The notes beneath the pieces were generated by a model. It was given only the letters and a program-made list of their open reading frames with translations, did not search any database and was not told the DNA's origin. This document shows, piece by piece, positions 44,889-55,839 of a stretch of 64,000 nucleotides of DNA; within the stretch, counting starts at the first letter, position 1; each line of letters opens with the position of its first letter. This DNA comes from an uncultured archaeon (GTDB lineage: Archaea > Micrarchaeota > Micrarchaeia > Anstonellales > Bilamarchaeaceae). Made by a program: the position numbers and the translations under genes. The stretch lies in contig CAVTHI010000008.1 in assembly GCA_963734525.1 (NCBI GenBank), positions 20,714 through 84,713 on the forward strand, read 5' to 3'.

Positions 44889-47358
44889 ATGAACGACCGC
44901 TTTTCAGCCGCAGCGCCCGCTGCCGCCCTGGTTCTGGGCGTCCTCTTCGTCCTCGCCGCATATTATCCAGTCCTTGCCCCGCTGCAGGACAACAGCCTCG
45001 TGTTCGCCAGGGGCGATTTCACGACAATCGGCGGAAACGAATCCGGTGCCGTCCGCCTGGAGCAGACCATTTCCACCTTCAGCGACGGCTCGGGGAGGAG
45101 GGACACCAACAGGTTCCTACTGCTGGGGGGGCTCAGCATTTTTTCCGAATGGGTCGCGTTTTCCGACGCGCAGTTCAACAGCGCGCTCATACTCGTTTCC
45201 ACAGTCCTCGGAAGCGCGGGGATTTTTTTCCTGGCCAGGCGTTTCATCGATGACTGGCGCTACCGCGCCGCGGCTGTCCTCCTGTTCATTCCGTTCTATT
45301 TCCTCAACCTCTGGTCGGTCGAGCGGATAGGCCACATATGGATTTGGTTCACGTATGCCGTTTTCCCGCTCTTCGCATCGATAGGATTCTCCTATCTGGA
45401 GAACCGCAAGGATTCGCGGCTGGTCCTCTATTCGCTGGCATTCGCGTTCTACGGCGCGGTCCCGCACTCGTTCATCTACCTTGGGATGATACACGGCCTC
45501 CTCGCCGCGTACGCCTGGGTTTCCGGCTGGAAATTGATGAGCATCGCGAAATTCGTCTTCGTGCCGCTCGCCATATATTTCCTGCTGTACCTCCCGGTCC
45601 TGCTCGCCGCCACAGCCAATGAGGCCAAATACCCGGTCGATGTCACGAAATACAGCTTCACCTACCTTTCAAACAACGGGGAAATTGCAAGGCTGCTCTC
45701 GTTCACGAACAACTGGTGGCCGAGCCTGGACGAATCGCGCGTCAAGTCGGATTGGGCGGCGAAAGGCTCCGCGTTCGGGATTTTCATCCTCACATTCGCG
45801 GCCATCCTCCTGTCGTTCCCCGTTCTTGAGAAGGGCCTGAAAGCACTCATCACCCTCTGCGCGCTGTGGATGATGGGCTGCATGTTCGTGGCGCAGGGGA
45901 CGCAGAACCAGATAGTGAAGTGGGCCACGGACACCATGATTGATGCCGGCCTCGGCCTGCTCCTCGGCCCGTTCCGGGAATGGGCGAGGATAAGCCTGCT
46001 CATCCCCCTGTTCATGGTCATCATACTTTCAATCGGCCTTCCAAGAACCAAGTGGCGTTTCGCGGCGGTATGCATCCTCGCGGTGCTGGTCGCCGCCAAC
46101 GTGGTTTTTTCGCCCTCATGGGCGTACCTTAAAGACGTCCACGGGGCGGTCCGCATGGGCGACGAGTTATCACGGCTCGGGACCATGCTGCCCAAGGACA
46201 GCAAGGTGCTGTGGGTGGACCTTCGGGGCAAGGGCCTGCCCGCCACCAGCCTCGACGGGGCCGACGAGGGCGTCAGGCCGCCGATATCGAACGCCGGGGA
46301 CACGTACATTTATCCGCCCATCATCAGGGCGATAAGGGTATCCGGGGCCCCGCCAGGGCTTCTCGAGGCATTGAACATCCATTACCTGGTGAAAAGGGCC
46401 GGGACGAGGAGCGACGATTGGTATCCGTGGATGGGGTGCAGCGATGTCGGATATTTGAGGCTCTGCGGCGACGGCAAGGGGCCGGAGCCGTTCAGGGTTT
46501 ACCAGGGCACGATACTCGCGGACGACGGGGACGTCCTCTCGCTTTCGTACGCCCCGCTCGGCGGCTTCGCGCCTTCGCAGGGGATGGGGGAGCACGCGGC
46601 GTATGCTGTCTCGGGCAGCCGGAGGCAGGCGGCTCAGGCCGGAATGCGCGCGGTGTATGTCCTTGAAGCCGAAAGCGCGTTCACCGGGAAGCGGTGGCGG
46701 TCCGAGCGCATTGGGGCGAGCAATAATTCCGCGGCGAATTTCAGCGGCATCATCAATGCTGCGGTGAACATCAGCAGGGGCGGCATGTACCGCATCGCCC
46801 TCGTCGGCAGCGGCCCTGTCGAAGTCATGGTGGACGGCACCTCCGTGGCGAACGCGGACTCGATGGACGGGTTCTCGTACGGCGTGCCGGTTTACCTGGG
46901 GCCCGGGCCCGCGATGATAACAGTAGATGGAAAAGGGAACAGCAACGCGACGCTCGATGTCTTATGGCTGTATGAGGACAGCGGGGAATACGACGATAGG
47001 CACGCTCTTCGAAAGCGCGGGGCCACCCCCCGCGTCGGTGGTGTCGTTCGCGCGCGAAGGCCCGACAAGATGGAATGCGTTGGTCAATGCCTCGCGGCCC
47101 TTCCTGCTCGGGTTCGCCGAGGCGTACCAGCCGGGCTGGGAAGCGAGGATTATCGAGCACGGGAACGTAGTGGAGACAATCAAGCCCGTCCAGCTTTACG
47201 GCGTGATGAACGGGTACTGGATAAACAGGACCGGAGAACTGGATATCGAGCTGAGGTATCAGCCGCAGGACATGTTCGAAACCGGGCTCTATGCAACGTT
47301 CGCGACACTCGCCGCATGCGCAGCGTTCCTTGCATATGCGGCCTCGCGGGGTGGATGA
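44889..47358 (+). CDS. large polytopic GT-C-like membrane protein, paralog 1, frameshifted near 46985
   Basis: ORF 44883..47417 is coherent to ...LDVLWLYEDSG. The sense then continues in ORF 46927..47358 (NTTIGTLFES...RPFLLGFAEAYQPGWEARII...ELDIELRYQPQ...terminal TM). The frames meet at the GGGG run at 46983-46986. Confidence 0.65.
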
Positions 47359-47359
47359 G

Positions 47360-47800
47360 ATGCCTGTCGATGAGAAAAAGCTTGGAAGGGATATTCTCGA
47401 AAAGGGCAGCATCCTGATTCCCGGGGCCTGGCTGTTCATCGCATATTACGTATTCACCGGCAACCAATGGATGATTGGCCCGTTCTCTCTGGTTCTGGCC
47501 GCGGCGTACCATTTAAAGGGCTGGGACGGAAGGCATTTGCTCGCCTGGGGCATCGGGGCCCTGACGCTCGCAGCGCTCATCATCGGGGGTGCGCAATGGA
47601 CGGCGAATATCATCGCAATCGCAGGCTATTGGCTGTGCCTGGCGGGAATCCTCAGGATGGGTTCGGAAGTCGCCACAGGGCGGGAAGCCAGCCGGGCAAG
47701 GCGCGGAAAAAGCCGGAGGGGGCAGGCACCGGAAAAACCGGGCAACTGGAAAGAAGATGGGAATGAAAGGCGCGAATGGAAAACAGAAAAGGCGGGGGGC
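47360..47800 (+). CDS. small 3-4 TM membrane protein following paralog 1 (3' end uncertain)
   Basis: MPVDEKKLGRDILEKGSILIPGAWLFIAYYVF... within ORF 47291..48046. It starts 2 nt after the upstream stop and is the counterpart of 51421..51795. Confidence 0.45.
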
Positions 47801-47807
47801 CCTCAGG

Positions 47808-48898
47808 ATGAAAATCTGCTTCATGGTCAATGGATGCTGGCGCAACCCGCACGCGGGCGCAGTCCGGCCGTTCATCACCTGGGCCGGCGCGACACGGGGG
47901 CACGATACATCGGTCGCCCTGCTGAAGGCGGGGAGCAGGATGCTCGACGGCCTGAAGGAGACGGGGATTCCCTACGGGAATTTCTCCAGCGTGGACGCGC
48001 TTTCCGCGCACCTGAAATCCGCAAGGCCGGACATTGTGGTGGCTGACGACAACCCCCCGCAACTGGAAATAAGCCGCACGCTCGCAAGAAAGACCGGCAT
48101 CCCATTCGCCACGTACGCGCAAATCCTGCTCGGCACCCAGTCCATCGTCGATGCAATCGACGGCAGCGGGTCGTCCATTATAAAGAAGGTGCGCCACAGG
48201 CTTAGCGCGTTCGTCCCGTTTTCCGCATTCCGCACGGCGTACAAGGGGCTCGTGGGGAGCGGCACGCCGGTCATCGGCAACAGCCGGACCACCGCGACAT
48301 TGCTCCAGGCGTTCTATGGAGTCGAGCCCGAAGGCGTCGTATACCCGCCGCTGGACCGCCGGGTGTTCCGCCCGCGCAAAAGCAGGGGGCGGGACGGGGC
48401 CCTCCTTTATATCGGCTCGTTCGGCCTCGATACGGACTGCGGGCTCATAAGGGAGATAATCCGCACGCTCAGGGAAAACGGAAAGGCGGTCGCCGTTTTC
48501 GGGAACCGCGAGCTCGGCGCGAAGCTGGCGAGGGATTACGGTGTCGAGTTCCTCGACCGATGCACCGATGACGAACTCGCCCTGCGGTACTCGTCTTCGG
48601 TGATTACCGTCTGCCCCCAGAAATGGGAGCTCTTCGGCTATGTCCCGGCGGAGTCGATAAGCTGCGGGACGCCGGTCCTCGCGTATGACTGCATGGGCCC
48701 GGGCGAAGTGCTGTCCAGGCATGGCGGCGGGGTGCTCGTGAACAGGAAGGCGGAATTCCTTTCCGCGCTCAGGGATATCGACCAAGCGGCGGAAGGGAGC
48801 GCCGCGAAATCAACCTCGATTCGGCGGGCTTCGATTCGGAAAGGTCGGCAGCCCATCTCGCGTCCATTCTCGAAAGGGTGTGCGGGGGGCGGAAGTGA
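47808..48898 (+). CDS. GT-B (GT4-like) glycosyltransferase, paralog 1, frameshifted near 48808
   Basis: It starts at the ATG at 47808 (MKICFMVNG...) in ORF 47589..48935. WELFGYVPAESISCGTPVLAYDCMGPGEV. After ...AAEGSAAK the sense continues in another frame as INLDSAGFDSERSAAHLASILERVCGGRK-TGA (48896-48898). Confidence 0.7.
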
Positions 48899-48906
48899 AT
48901 GCGCCG

Positions 48907-51428
48907 ATGAAAAAGATGACAGGAACCGGGGATGACGAAGCCCGTTCGTGGGCGTGCCCAGCCGCGCTCGCGTTGGCCGTCCTTGCGCTGATAATCGCAT
49001 ACTGGCCCGTGCTCGCCCCCCTGCTCGACGGGAAGCTCCTTTTCACATACGGGGACTTCTGGACGGCGTACGGCGGGAATTCGGCCTCGCTCCGGAGCGA
49101 TGAGACGTTCTTCACGTTCTACGGCGGCACGAACCGGCTCGAAACGAACAGGTTCTATCCGCTCGCGGCCTTCAGCGCGCTTTCGCATTTCACGGCGTTC
49201 TCGGACGCGCAGTTCATCAGCGCGCTCATCCTTGCCAGCATGGCGCTAGGCTGCTTCGGGCTCTACGGCATCGCGGGCTTCTTCATCAGGGACAGGCGCT
49301 TACGTGCGGCCGCGATATTGGCCCTCGCGCTCTTCTATTTCCTCAACCTGTGGTCGGTGGAAAGGATAGGCCACATCTGGATATGGTTCGCATATGCCGT
49401 ATTCCCGCTGTCCCTGTTCCTCGGCCTGAAGGCCGTGAAGGAAGGCGGGGCCGCCTATCTCATGGCGTATTCCCTGGCGCTGTCCTTTTTCGGGATTATG
49501 CCGCACGCGTTCATGTACCTCCTGTTCTTCCACGCGTTCCTGGTTGCATTCGCCATATCGGCGAAAAACAGGCCTGCGGCGATATTGAAATTCGCAATCA
49601 TCCCCCTCGCCATATATGCCCTCATCAACCTGCCGTCTATAATCCTGAGCCAGTCGGCCGAAGGGACGCTAATTTCCGGCATACACAGCGACAGCATAGG
49701 CCTGCTGTCCAGGAACGGGGAGCTCGCTGAACCTGTTCGCGTTCTCGAACAACTGGTGGCACCAGGTGGGCAAGGCCATCATATACGCCAATCCGGCATT
49801 CACGTACTCCGGAATAGGCATTTTCGCGGCCCTGTTCCTCGCCGCCGGATTGACAATCGGGCGGATGGGCGCCGACGAGAGGCATATCACAATCCTCGCC
49901 CTCGCAGGGATGCTTGCGGTGATTTTCGTCGCCCAAGGCGCGAACAACCATTTGCTGGCGCCTGCGCTGGAGGCAATCGCCAAATCGGATTTCAGCTTCC
50001 TGCTCCGTCCGCTACGGGAATGGGCGAGAATCAGCCTATTGCTGCCGCCCTTGATGGCAATCATCCTTGCCGCGTGCATGAACGACCGGAAATGGGGATT
50101 GCCGGTGCTTGCGGGTTTTTTCGCCCTGGTGGCGGTTAACATCGCGGTTTCACCGGCCTGGCCTTACTTATACGAAGTCCATTCAGCTACGCACGTTTCC
50201 GGGGAAATCGGCCTCCTGCAGGAAAAGATGTCGGGCGGAGGCAAGGACATATGGCCGGGCGTTTATGGCAAGCACCTGCCCGCAACCAACGTGGCGGGGG
50301 AGCAGAGGGACACCAGCACTTACATCAGGCAGATTTCCGGCATATACCGGAGTTACAATTCCTACGTCGCCTCAGGCTATGAGAACAGCACTTTCTGGAA
50401 GGTCATGCCGCGGCCCCTGATGGACGCGCTGGACATCCGCGATGTCATCCTTATGGATATCAAAGGCTCGCCCGGAGGGTATGCCTGGATGGATTGCAGC
50501 GACCTGGGGCGGATGATGCTCTGCCAAGACACCCGCGACGCGGTCCCGCTAAGGATATACGACGGGGCGATTTCCTCGGACGCTGCATCTATGGAGCCGC
50601 TGTTCTACTTGCCGATGGAGGACTACGCGCTGACCAGCGCAAACATATCGCCTGCCGCGTATACGGCCACGGGGATATCCGGCAACGGCTCGGCCGCAAT
50701 CAGCGGCCGCATGTATGTAATCGAAGCCGAATCGGGACTGAGAGGCAGGAAATTCGCGTTCAATTCGCCCGGGGCGAGCAACAGGACCCTGGTTTATTTC
50801 GCAGACAACCTGACTGTGGATGTGAGCATCCCCGAAACCGGCGACTATGGCGTGGCGATTCTTGGGCAGGGGCATGTTCAACATATCCGCGGGCGGGAAT
50901 TCCGCGAGCGTCACGGTCCCTGAATCCGGATATGCCTTCACCGGCCCGTTTCGGCTGGATGAAGGCCCAGCCGTGTTCACGATGGCTCACGGCAACCGCT
51001 CCGCAAGCCTCGATGCGATTGTCATCTACGAAATCACGGACGGCTTCCCGTTCGGGCCGTTCACGAACCTGACCGCGCCGCCGGCGAGGATAGGAAATTA
51101 CACGAACATCGACCCGACGGACTGGCATGTGGAAGTCAGCGCGCTGAGGCCGTTCCTCCTCTCATTCGCCGAAACTTACGACCCGCAATGGATTGCCGAT
51201 ATTTACAAGGATGGCCGGCAGGTGGGCACAATCAGGCCGATAAGCCTGTACGACACGATGAACGGGTACATGGTCAACGAGACCGGTGAGCTGGAAATCC
51301 GCCTGAAGTACGAGCCGCAGGAAAGATATATGTGGGCGATGATTGTGAGCATGGCGACGATAGCAGCTTGTATAGCATTTCTTGCCCTGTCAATTAGGAA
51401 GGAAGGCGCGTCACATGGCAATGCCTGA
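48907..51428 (+). CDS. large polytopic GT-C-like membrane protein, paralog 2, two apparent frameshifts (near 49728 and 50870)
   Basis: It is spread over ORFs 48880..50139, 49766..50923 and 50847..51428. It shares NLWSVERIGHIWIWF.YAVFPL, FSDAQF.SALIL and RPFLL.FAE.Y.P.W with paralog 1. Confidence 0.65.
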
Positions 51429-51795
51429 AAGGAAGGAAGATGCGATTTCAAGCGACATCGGCGTCTGCGCCATCCCGGTCCTTGCCCAGGCTATCGCGAT
51501 AGCAATCGGCAATGAGCCCGTCAGCGTAGCCATATCCATCGCCACAGCCGCCGCGTATCTTCGGATGCGGTGGGATGCAGGGGTTATTGTCGCTTCGGGC
51601 GCGGCAGGGCTTATAATCGCTGCATCGCTTTTCAGCCCGCCATATGCCGCGGCGAACACGGCGGCGAACGCTGCTTTTTGGATGATTTGCGCGGGCGTTG
51701 CGGCCCTCGCGCTCGGGGAGATGAAAGTTGGAAGAGGAAGCGGCGGCGGGATTGCAGGGAAGAAAGCTGCCCCTTACCGGACGAGTGCCTCATAA
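51421..51795 (+). CDS. small 3-4 TM membrane protein following paralog 2
   Basis: MPERKEDAISSDIGVCAIPVLAQAIAIAIG... within ORF 51382..51795. It overlaps the upstream stop. Confidence 0.5.
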   Translation: MPERKEDAISSDIGVCAIPVLAQAIAIAIGNEPVSVAISIATAAAYLRMRWDAGVIVASGAAGLIIAASLFSPPYAAANTAANAAFWMICAGVAALALGEMKVGRGSGGGIAGKKAAPYRTSAS

Positions 51796-52874
51796 AGCCG
51801 GATATAAGCGGAAACGGTATTCTTCACGTCGTATTTTTCCGCGAGCGCCAGGCCGTTGGAAACGCATTTCTTCCTGAATCCGGCATCGCCGATTGCGGTT
51901 TTTATCCCCATCGCCAATGATGCGGCATCCTGTTTGACGAATACGCCGGCCCCGTCGTACAGCCCTTTCCAGAAGGGCAAATCGAACGCCACGACCGGAA
52001 CGCCCGCGGCGAGCGATTCGGCGAACACCATGCAGAACGTTTCGGAAACGGAGGGGATGACGACGGCGTCTGCGGATTTCTGGATTGACGTTTTTTCCGA
52101 AAAACCCAGGGCGCCCAGGAAAAATACCCTGGAAAGGCCGCGCTCCCGCACGATTCTTTCGAAATGCGCGCGTTCGGTCCCTTCGCCCACGACCACGAAT
52201 GCGATGCTCTCGTCCCGAAGCAGCGCGGCCGCCTCGATGAAATGCGAGAGTCCCTTGGCCGGGCTGTCGAGGCGGGCGATGTATGCGACCGCGTGCTCGC
52301 ACCCGAACCTGGACCTTAGGTCGATAGTCGGGCAGCCCCGGATTTTTTCCGTGTCCACGCCGGGCGGGATGGTTTCGAGCTTGGATTGCGGGAGGTTAAA
52401 CGTGCTGAGCAGGTCGTCGCGGTGGAAAGGGGACTCTGCCACGACCTTGTCCATCCGCCGGAAGGAGAATCCGTCTATGGCATTGGAATAGAGCGAGTAT
52501 GCCGATTCAACCGCCCGCGACGCGGGGTTCCCGCCTCTCCGGTAGCTGTAGTGCGACTTTCCGAGTATGTGGGACGTCGCCACCTTGGTCCCCTTCATCC
52601 CGAGCCCGGACGGGGCTAGCGACGAATCCAGGAAGTGGATTATGTCGTGGCCATCATTCCCGCGCAGGGAGCCGTACGCCCGCACGATGCCCGGGATGCG
52701 GGTATAGCGGACAAGCCTCGAGAGGTCCTGCCGGGGGAGGAAATCGGTGCCGATTTCGCAGCTCTGGACGCCTATGCCGGATTCGATTAGGCCGCGGGTT
52801 AGGTTTTCCACGAAAACCATCTCTCCGGTTATCGTGGGCGCGTTCGGCTTCTGTGAGACGAGTAGGACCCGCAT
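51774..52874 (-). CDS. family 4 (GT-B) glycosyltransferase
   Basis: ORF 51774..53144; the ATG at 52874 (MRVLLVSQKPNAP...) is preferred. ETFCMVFAESLAAGVPVVAFDLPFWKGLY. Confidence 0.8.
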   Translation of the reverse strand: MRVLLVSQKPNAPTITGEMVFVENLTRGLIESGIGVQSCEIGTDFLPRQDLSRLVRYTRIPGIVRAYGSLRGNDGHDIIHFLDSSLAPSGLGMKGTKVATSHILGKSHYSYRRGGNPASRAVESAYSLYSNAIDGFSFRRMDKVVAESPFHRDDLLSTFNLPQSKLETIPPGVDTEKIRGCPTIDLRSRFGCEHAVAYIARLDSPAKGLSHFIEAAALLRDESIAFVVVGEGTERAHFERIVRERGLSRVFFLGALGFSEKTSIQKSADAVVIPSVSETFCMVFAESLAAGVPVVAFDLPFWKGLYDGAGVFVKQDAASLAMGIKTAIGDAGFRKKCVSNGLALAEKYDVKNTVSAYIRLYEALVR

Positions 52875-52922
52875 GGAATAAGTCTTGCGAAAACTGATTT
52901 TAAGACCATCAGTAGGATATCT

Positions 52923-54062
52923 GTGCAGGATATGGACGGGATAACATTTTTCACGGAAGCCATGGGAAGGCCGGCGTACGCGGGCGCGGTCAGGCCTTTC
53001 CTCGGCTGGGCGTCCGAGCTCGAAAAGGCCGGGCGCGAGTGCGAGGTCGTCACCCTCAAGGCGGACAGGATGTTCTGCGACGAGCTGGACCGGATGAAGG
53101 TGCGGCACAGCAATTTCGACGACATCGCCAGCGCCGCGAGGCATGTAAGCGCGAGCAGGCCGGGCATAATCATCAGCGACGATAGCCCTGAGAACCTGTC
53201 CCGGACCTCGGATTTGAGGAAGCGGACCGGAATCAGGACCGGCACCTACGTCCAGCTGCTAATGGGCACCCATTCGATAGGCTCGGGCTATGATTTGGGG
53301 AAGGCGCCGCTCAGCGTCAGGGCGGGAAACGCGCTCATGAAGGCGGTCCCGTTCATCTTCTTCAGGAAGGCGTACCAGCGCCTTTCCGGGAGGAAGGACG
53401 AGATTCTCATATGCAACAGCAAATCGAGCGCGGACATGCTCCAGGTACTCTACGGGATGGAGCCGTATGGCATCGTGTATCCGCCGGTGGACCGCGAGGT
53501 GTTCAGGCCCGGCCCCTCACCGCATGCGAAAAAAAGGCAGGCCATGCTTTATCTCGGCTCGTATGGCTGGGACACGGACAGGGCGCTTGCGGCCGAGGCG
53601 GCAAGAAGGCTCGCGGACGGCGGCGTCAAGGTGCTCGCATTCGGCAACAAAGGCCTAATGGATGCGTCCGGGGAAGCGGGCGTCGGGAAGTTTGCAGAGC
53701 ACATCGGCCATTGCACGGATAGCGAGCTTGCGAGGCATTACTCGGATTCGTCGCTCACGGTCTGCCTGCAGAAGTGGGAGCTTTTCGGATATGTCGCCGC
53801 GGAGTCCGTCTGCTGCGGCACGCCCGTGATTGCGTTCAACTGCATGGGTTACGGCGAGATAGCCGACCAGACAGGCTTCGGCGTGCTCGCCGACAACAGG
53901 CGGGAACTGCTGGAATGCCTCGGGAACCTGGACCAAACCCTCGCAAGAATCAGCCGCCTGCAAGGCATGCAGGCCCAGAACGAGCCTTTCCCGTTCGGCA
54001 GGAAGCAGTCCACGGACAGGCTTCTTGAAATCCTCAGGGAAGCCATGCCGGGAAGGTTCTGA
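52923..54062 (+). CDS. GT-B (GT4-like) glycosyltransferase, paralog 2 of 47808..48898
   Basis: 379 aa with GAVRPFLGWA and WELFGYVAAESVCCGTPVIAFNCMGYGEI. It is colinear with 47808..48898. Confidence 0.8.
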   Translation: MQDMDGITFFTEAMGRPAYAGAVRPFLGWASELEKAGRECEVVTLKADRMFCDELDRMKVRHSNFDDIASAARHVSASRPGIIISDDSPENLSRTSDLRKRTGIRTGTYVQLLMGTHSIGSGYDLGKAPLSVRAGNALMKAVPFIFFRKAYQRLSGRKDEILICNSKSSADMLQVLYGMEPYGIVYPPVDREVFRPGPSPHAKKRQAMLYLGSYGWDTDRALAAEAARRLADGGVKVLAFGNKGLMDASGEAGVGKFAEHIGHCTDSELARHYSDSSLTVCLQKWELFGYVAAESVCCGTPVIAFNCMGYGEIADQTGFGVLADNRRELLECLGNLDQTLARISRLQGMQAQNEPFPFGRKQSTDRLLEILREAMPGRF

Positions 54063-54128
54063 CGGCTTCGAGCACCATGCGCAGCGAATCTGCAAGGCCG
54101 GGGCGCAGAGCGGCGTATCCAGGGGGCA

Positions 54129-55838
54129 TCAAACCGCACCGGCCGAACCGCCTTTCGCATCATTCCCCGGACCTTTCCCCGGGTTCCCGATGCCGTATGA
54201 TGCGACGCCCACTGCGATGGAAACGAGCCCGTGCGGCAGGCGCATCTTCATCAGCGCTTTCTTCATCATCGCGACATCCTCCTTGCGGAAGCACTTCAGC
54301 GTGAGCGCAAGGCCGGCGTACAAGGGAATTGTAAAGCAGACCAGGAGGGCGATGAATGCGAGGTATACGGCCTTCGTCACAAAGAAGGGCGCATCCTTTC
54401 CGAGCATCCCGTTGAAAAAGGAGGGAAGGTGCGACGCCCCCGGGCTGAGAAGCGTGATTATCGCGAGCGTAACGAGCGCTGCGAGCGCCAGCTTCCACAC
54501 TTCGGGGGGCAGGACGAACTTGAAATGCTTGTGCGAATAATATCCGGACTGGACGGCGTTGACCGCGAATCCGCAGACCGCCGCGGCAGCCGCGCCAACC
54601 ATTCCGAACTGCGGTATCAGCAGCACGCATGCGGCCAGGTTCACGGCGCCGGACACCATCAGCATTTTCAGCTGGACGCCCACGAGCTGCATGGCGGCCA
54701 GCGTCATGTACAGCATGTAGGTCAGCACGCGCAGAACCATCCCGAACGCGAGTATCGAGAGGACGAGCCCGGCCGGCCGGTACGAGTCCCCGTAAAGGAG
54801 GGAAAGGATGTCCTGCGAGAATACCATCATGACGAGGGCGAAGGGTATGGATATGAACAGCGACCAGCGCTGCGCGGTCTCGGTCACTGTGCGCATCTGC
54901 GCGAAATCATCCTTCCCGAACAGCTTCGACATGATGGGAAGGAAGATGCTGCCGATTGATGCAGGCAGGGTGAGGAGGACGGCGGCAAGCGTCGCGCTGA
55001 CCGAATACATGGCCACCATCTGCGTGGAGGTGGAAGGGTCGCCGAGATACCCGAGCAGGAGCCGGCTGGCCGAGAGGATGAGCATGCTGAGCGACGAAGC
55101 CAGGCTCAGCATGAGCCCGAAGGGGAGTATTTCCATCGCCATCTGGGACGTGCTGATGGCGTCCGCAGCGGGAAGGTCGGCGCATTTTTTGCGCACGATG
55201 AGGAACGAAAGGAGCGTCGGCGGGATGAAAGAGAGGAAGAAAGCGCAGGCAAGCGTCAGGGCCGAGGCCCCGTAAAGCTGGAACAGGGCGATTGTCAGCA
55301 CGAGCTTGAGGGAATTCTGGAACGCGGAGAGCATCTGCACGGTCCGGATGTCGGCCCTGCCGCGTATGAATGCGGTGTTCACGCCGAACAGGTTGCTGAA
55401 GAGCAGGAAGGCCGAAAGCAGGCGCAGCGGCTCTGCGAGATCGGGCTTCTGGTAGACTGCGCTGATTGCGTCGGCCCCGAGCCAAAGCGCCGCAACGGTT
55501 ATCAGGGCGGAGGCCGTGACGAGCTTCTGCGCAAGGCCGATAAGGGCACGGATTTTCCCCTTCTCGGATTTGCCTTCGAAAAAGGGGACGTACCTCGCGA
55601 GCGCGCTGGCAAGCCCCAAATCGTCGAAAACCGCGCTCATCGATGCGACGCTCAGCGCGAGGAAGAAAAGCCCGAGGTCGTCCTGGCCGACGGCCCTTGC
55701 GACGATGATGTTGTATATGAAGGATATCGAATAGAATACCCCGCTTCCGGCAAGGCTCCACATGCTTCCCCTGGCAACGGCCTTGGAATATTCCGACGGC
55801 TCGTCGCCGGGCGGGCGCGTTTCAGCGGCATCGTCCAT
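54129..55838 (-). CDS. oligo/polysaccharide flippase (MOP/Wzx family)
   Basis: 569 aa, about 14 TM. The typical N-terminus SKAVARGSMWSLAGSGVFYSISFIYNIIVARAVGQDDLG is present. Confidence 0.8.
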   Translation of the reverse strand: MDDAAETRPPGDEPSEYSKAVARGSMWSLAGSGVFYSISFIYNIIVARAVGQDDLGLFFLALSVASMSAVFDDLGLASALARYVPFFEGKSEKGKIRALIGLAQKLVTASALITVAALWLGADAISAVYQKPDLAEPLRLLSAFLLFSNLFGVNTAFIRGRADIRTVQMLSAFQNSLKLVLTIALFQLYGASALTLACAFFLSFIPPTLLSFLIVRKKCADLPAADAISTSQMAMEILPFGLMLSLASSLSMLILSASRLLLGYLGDPSTSTQMVAMYSVSATLAAVLLTLPASIGSIFLPIMSKLFGKDDFAQMRTVTETAQRWSLFISIPFALVMMVFSQDILSLLYGDSYRPAGLVLSILAFGMVLRVLTYMLYMTLAAMQLVGVQLKMLMVSGAVNLAACVLLIPQFGMVGAAAAAVCGFAVNAVQSGYYSHKHFKFVLPPEVWKLALAALVTLAIITLLSPGASHLPSFFNGMLGKDAPFFVTKAVYLAFIALLVCFTIPLYAGLALTLKCFRKEDVAMMKKALMKMRLPHGLVSIAVGVASYGIGNPGKGPGNDAKGGSAGAV

Positions 55839-55839
55839 G

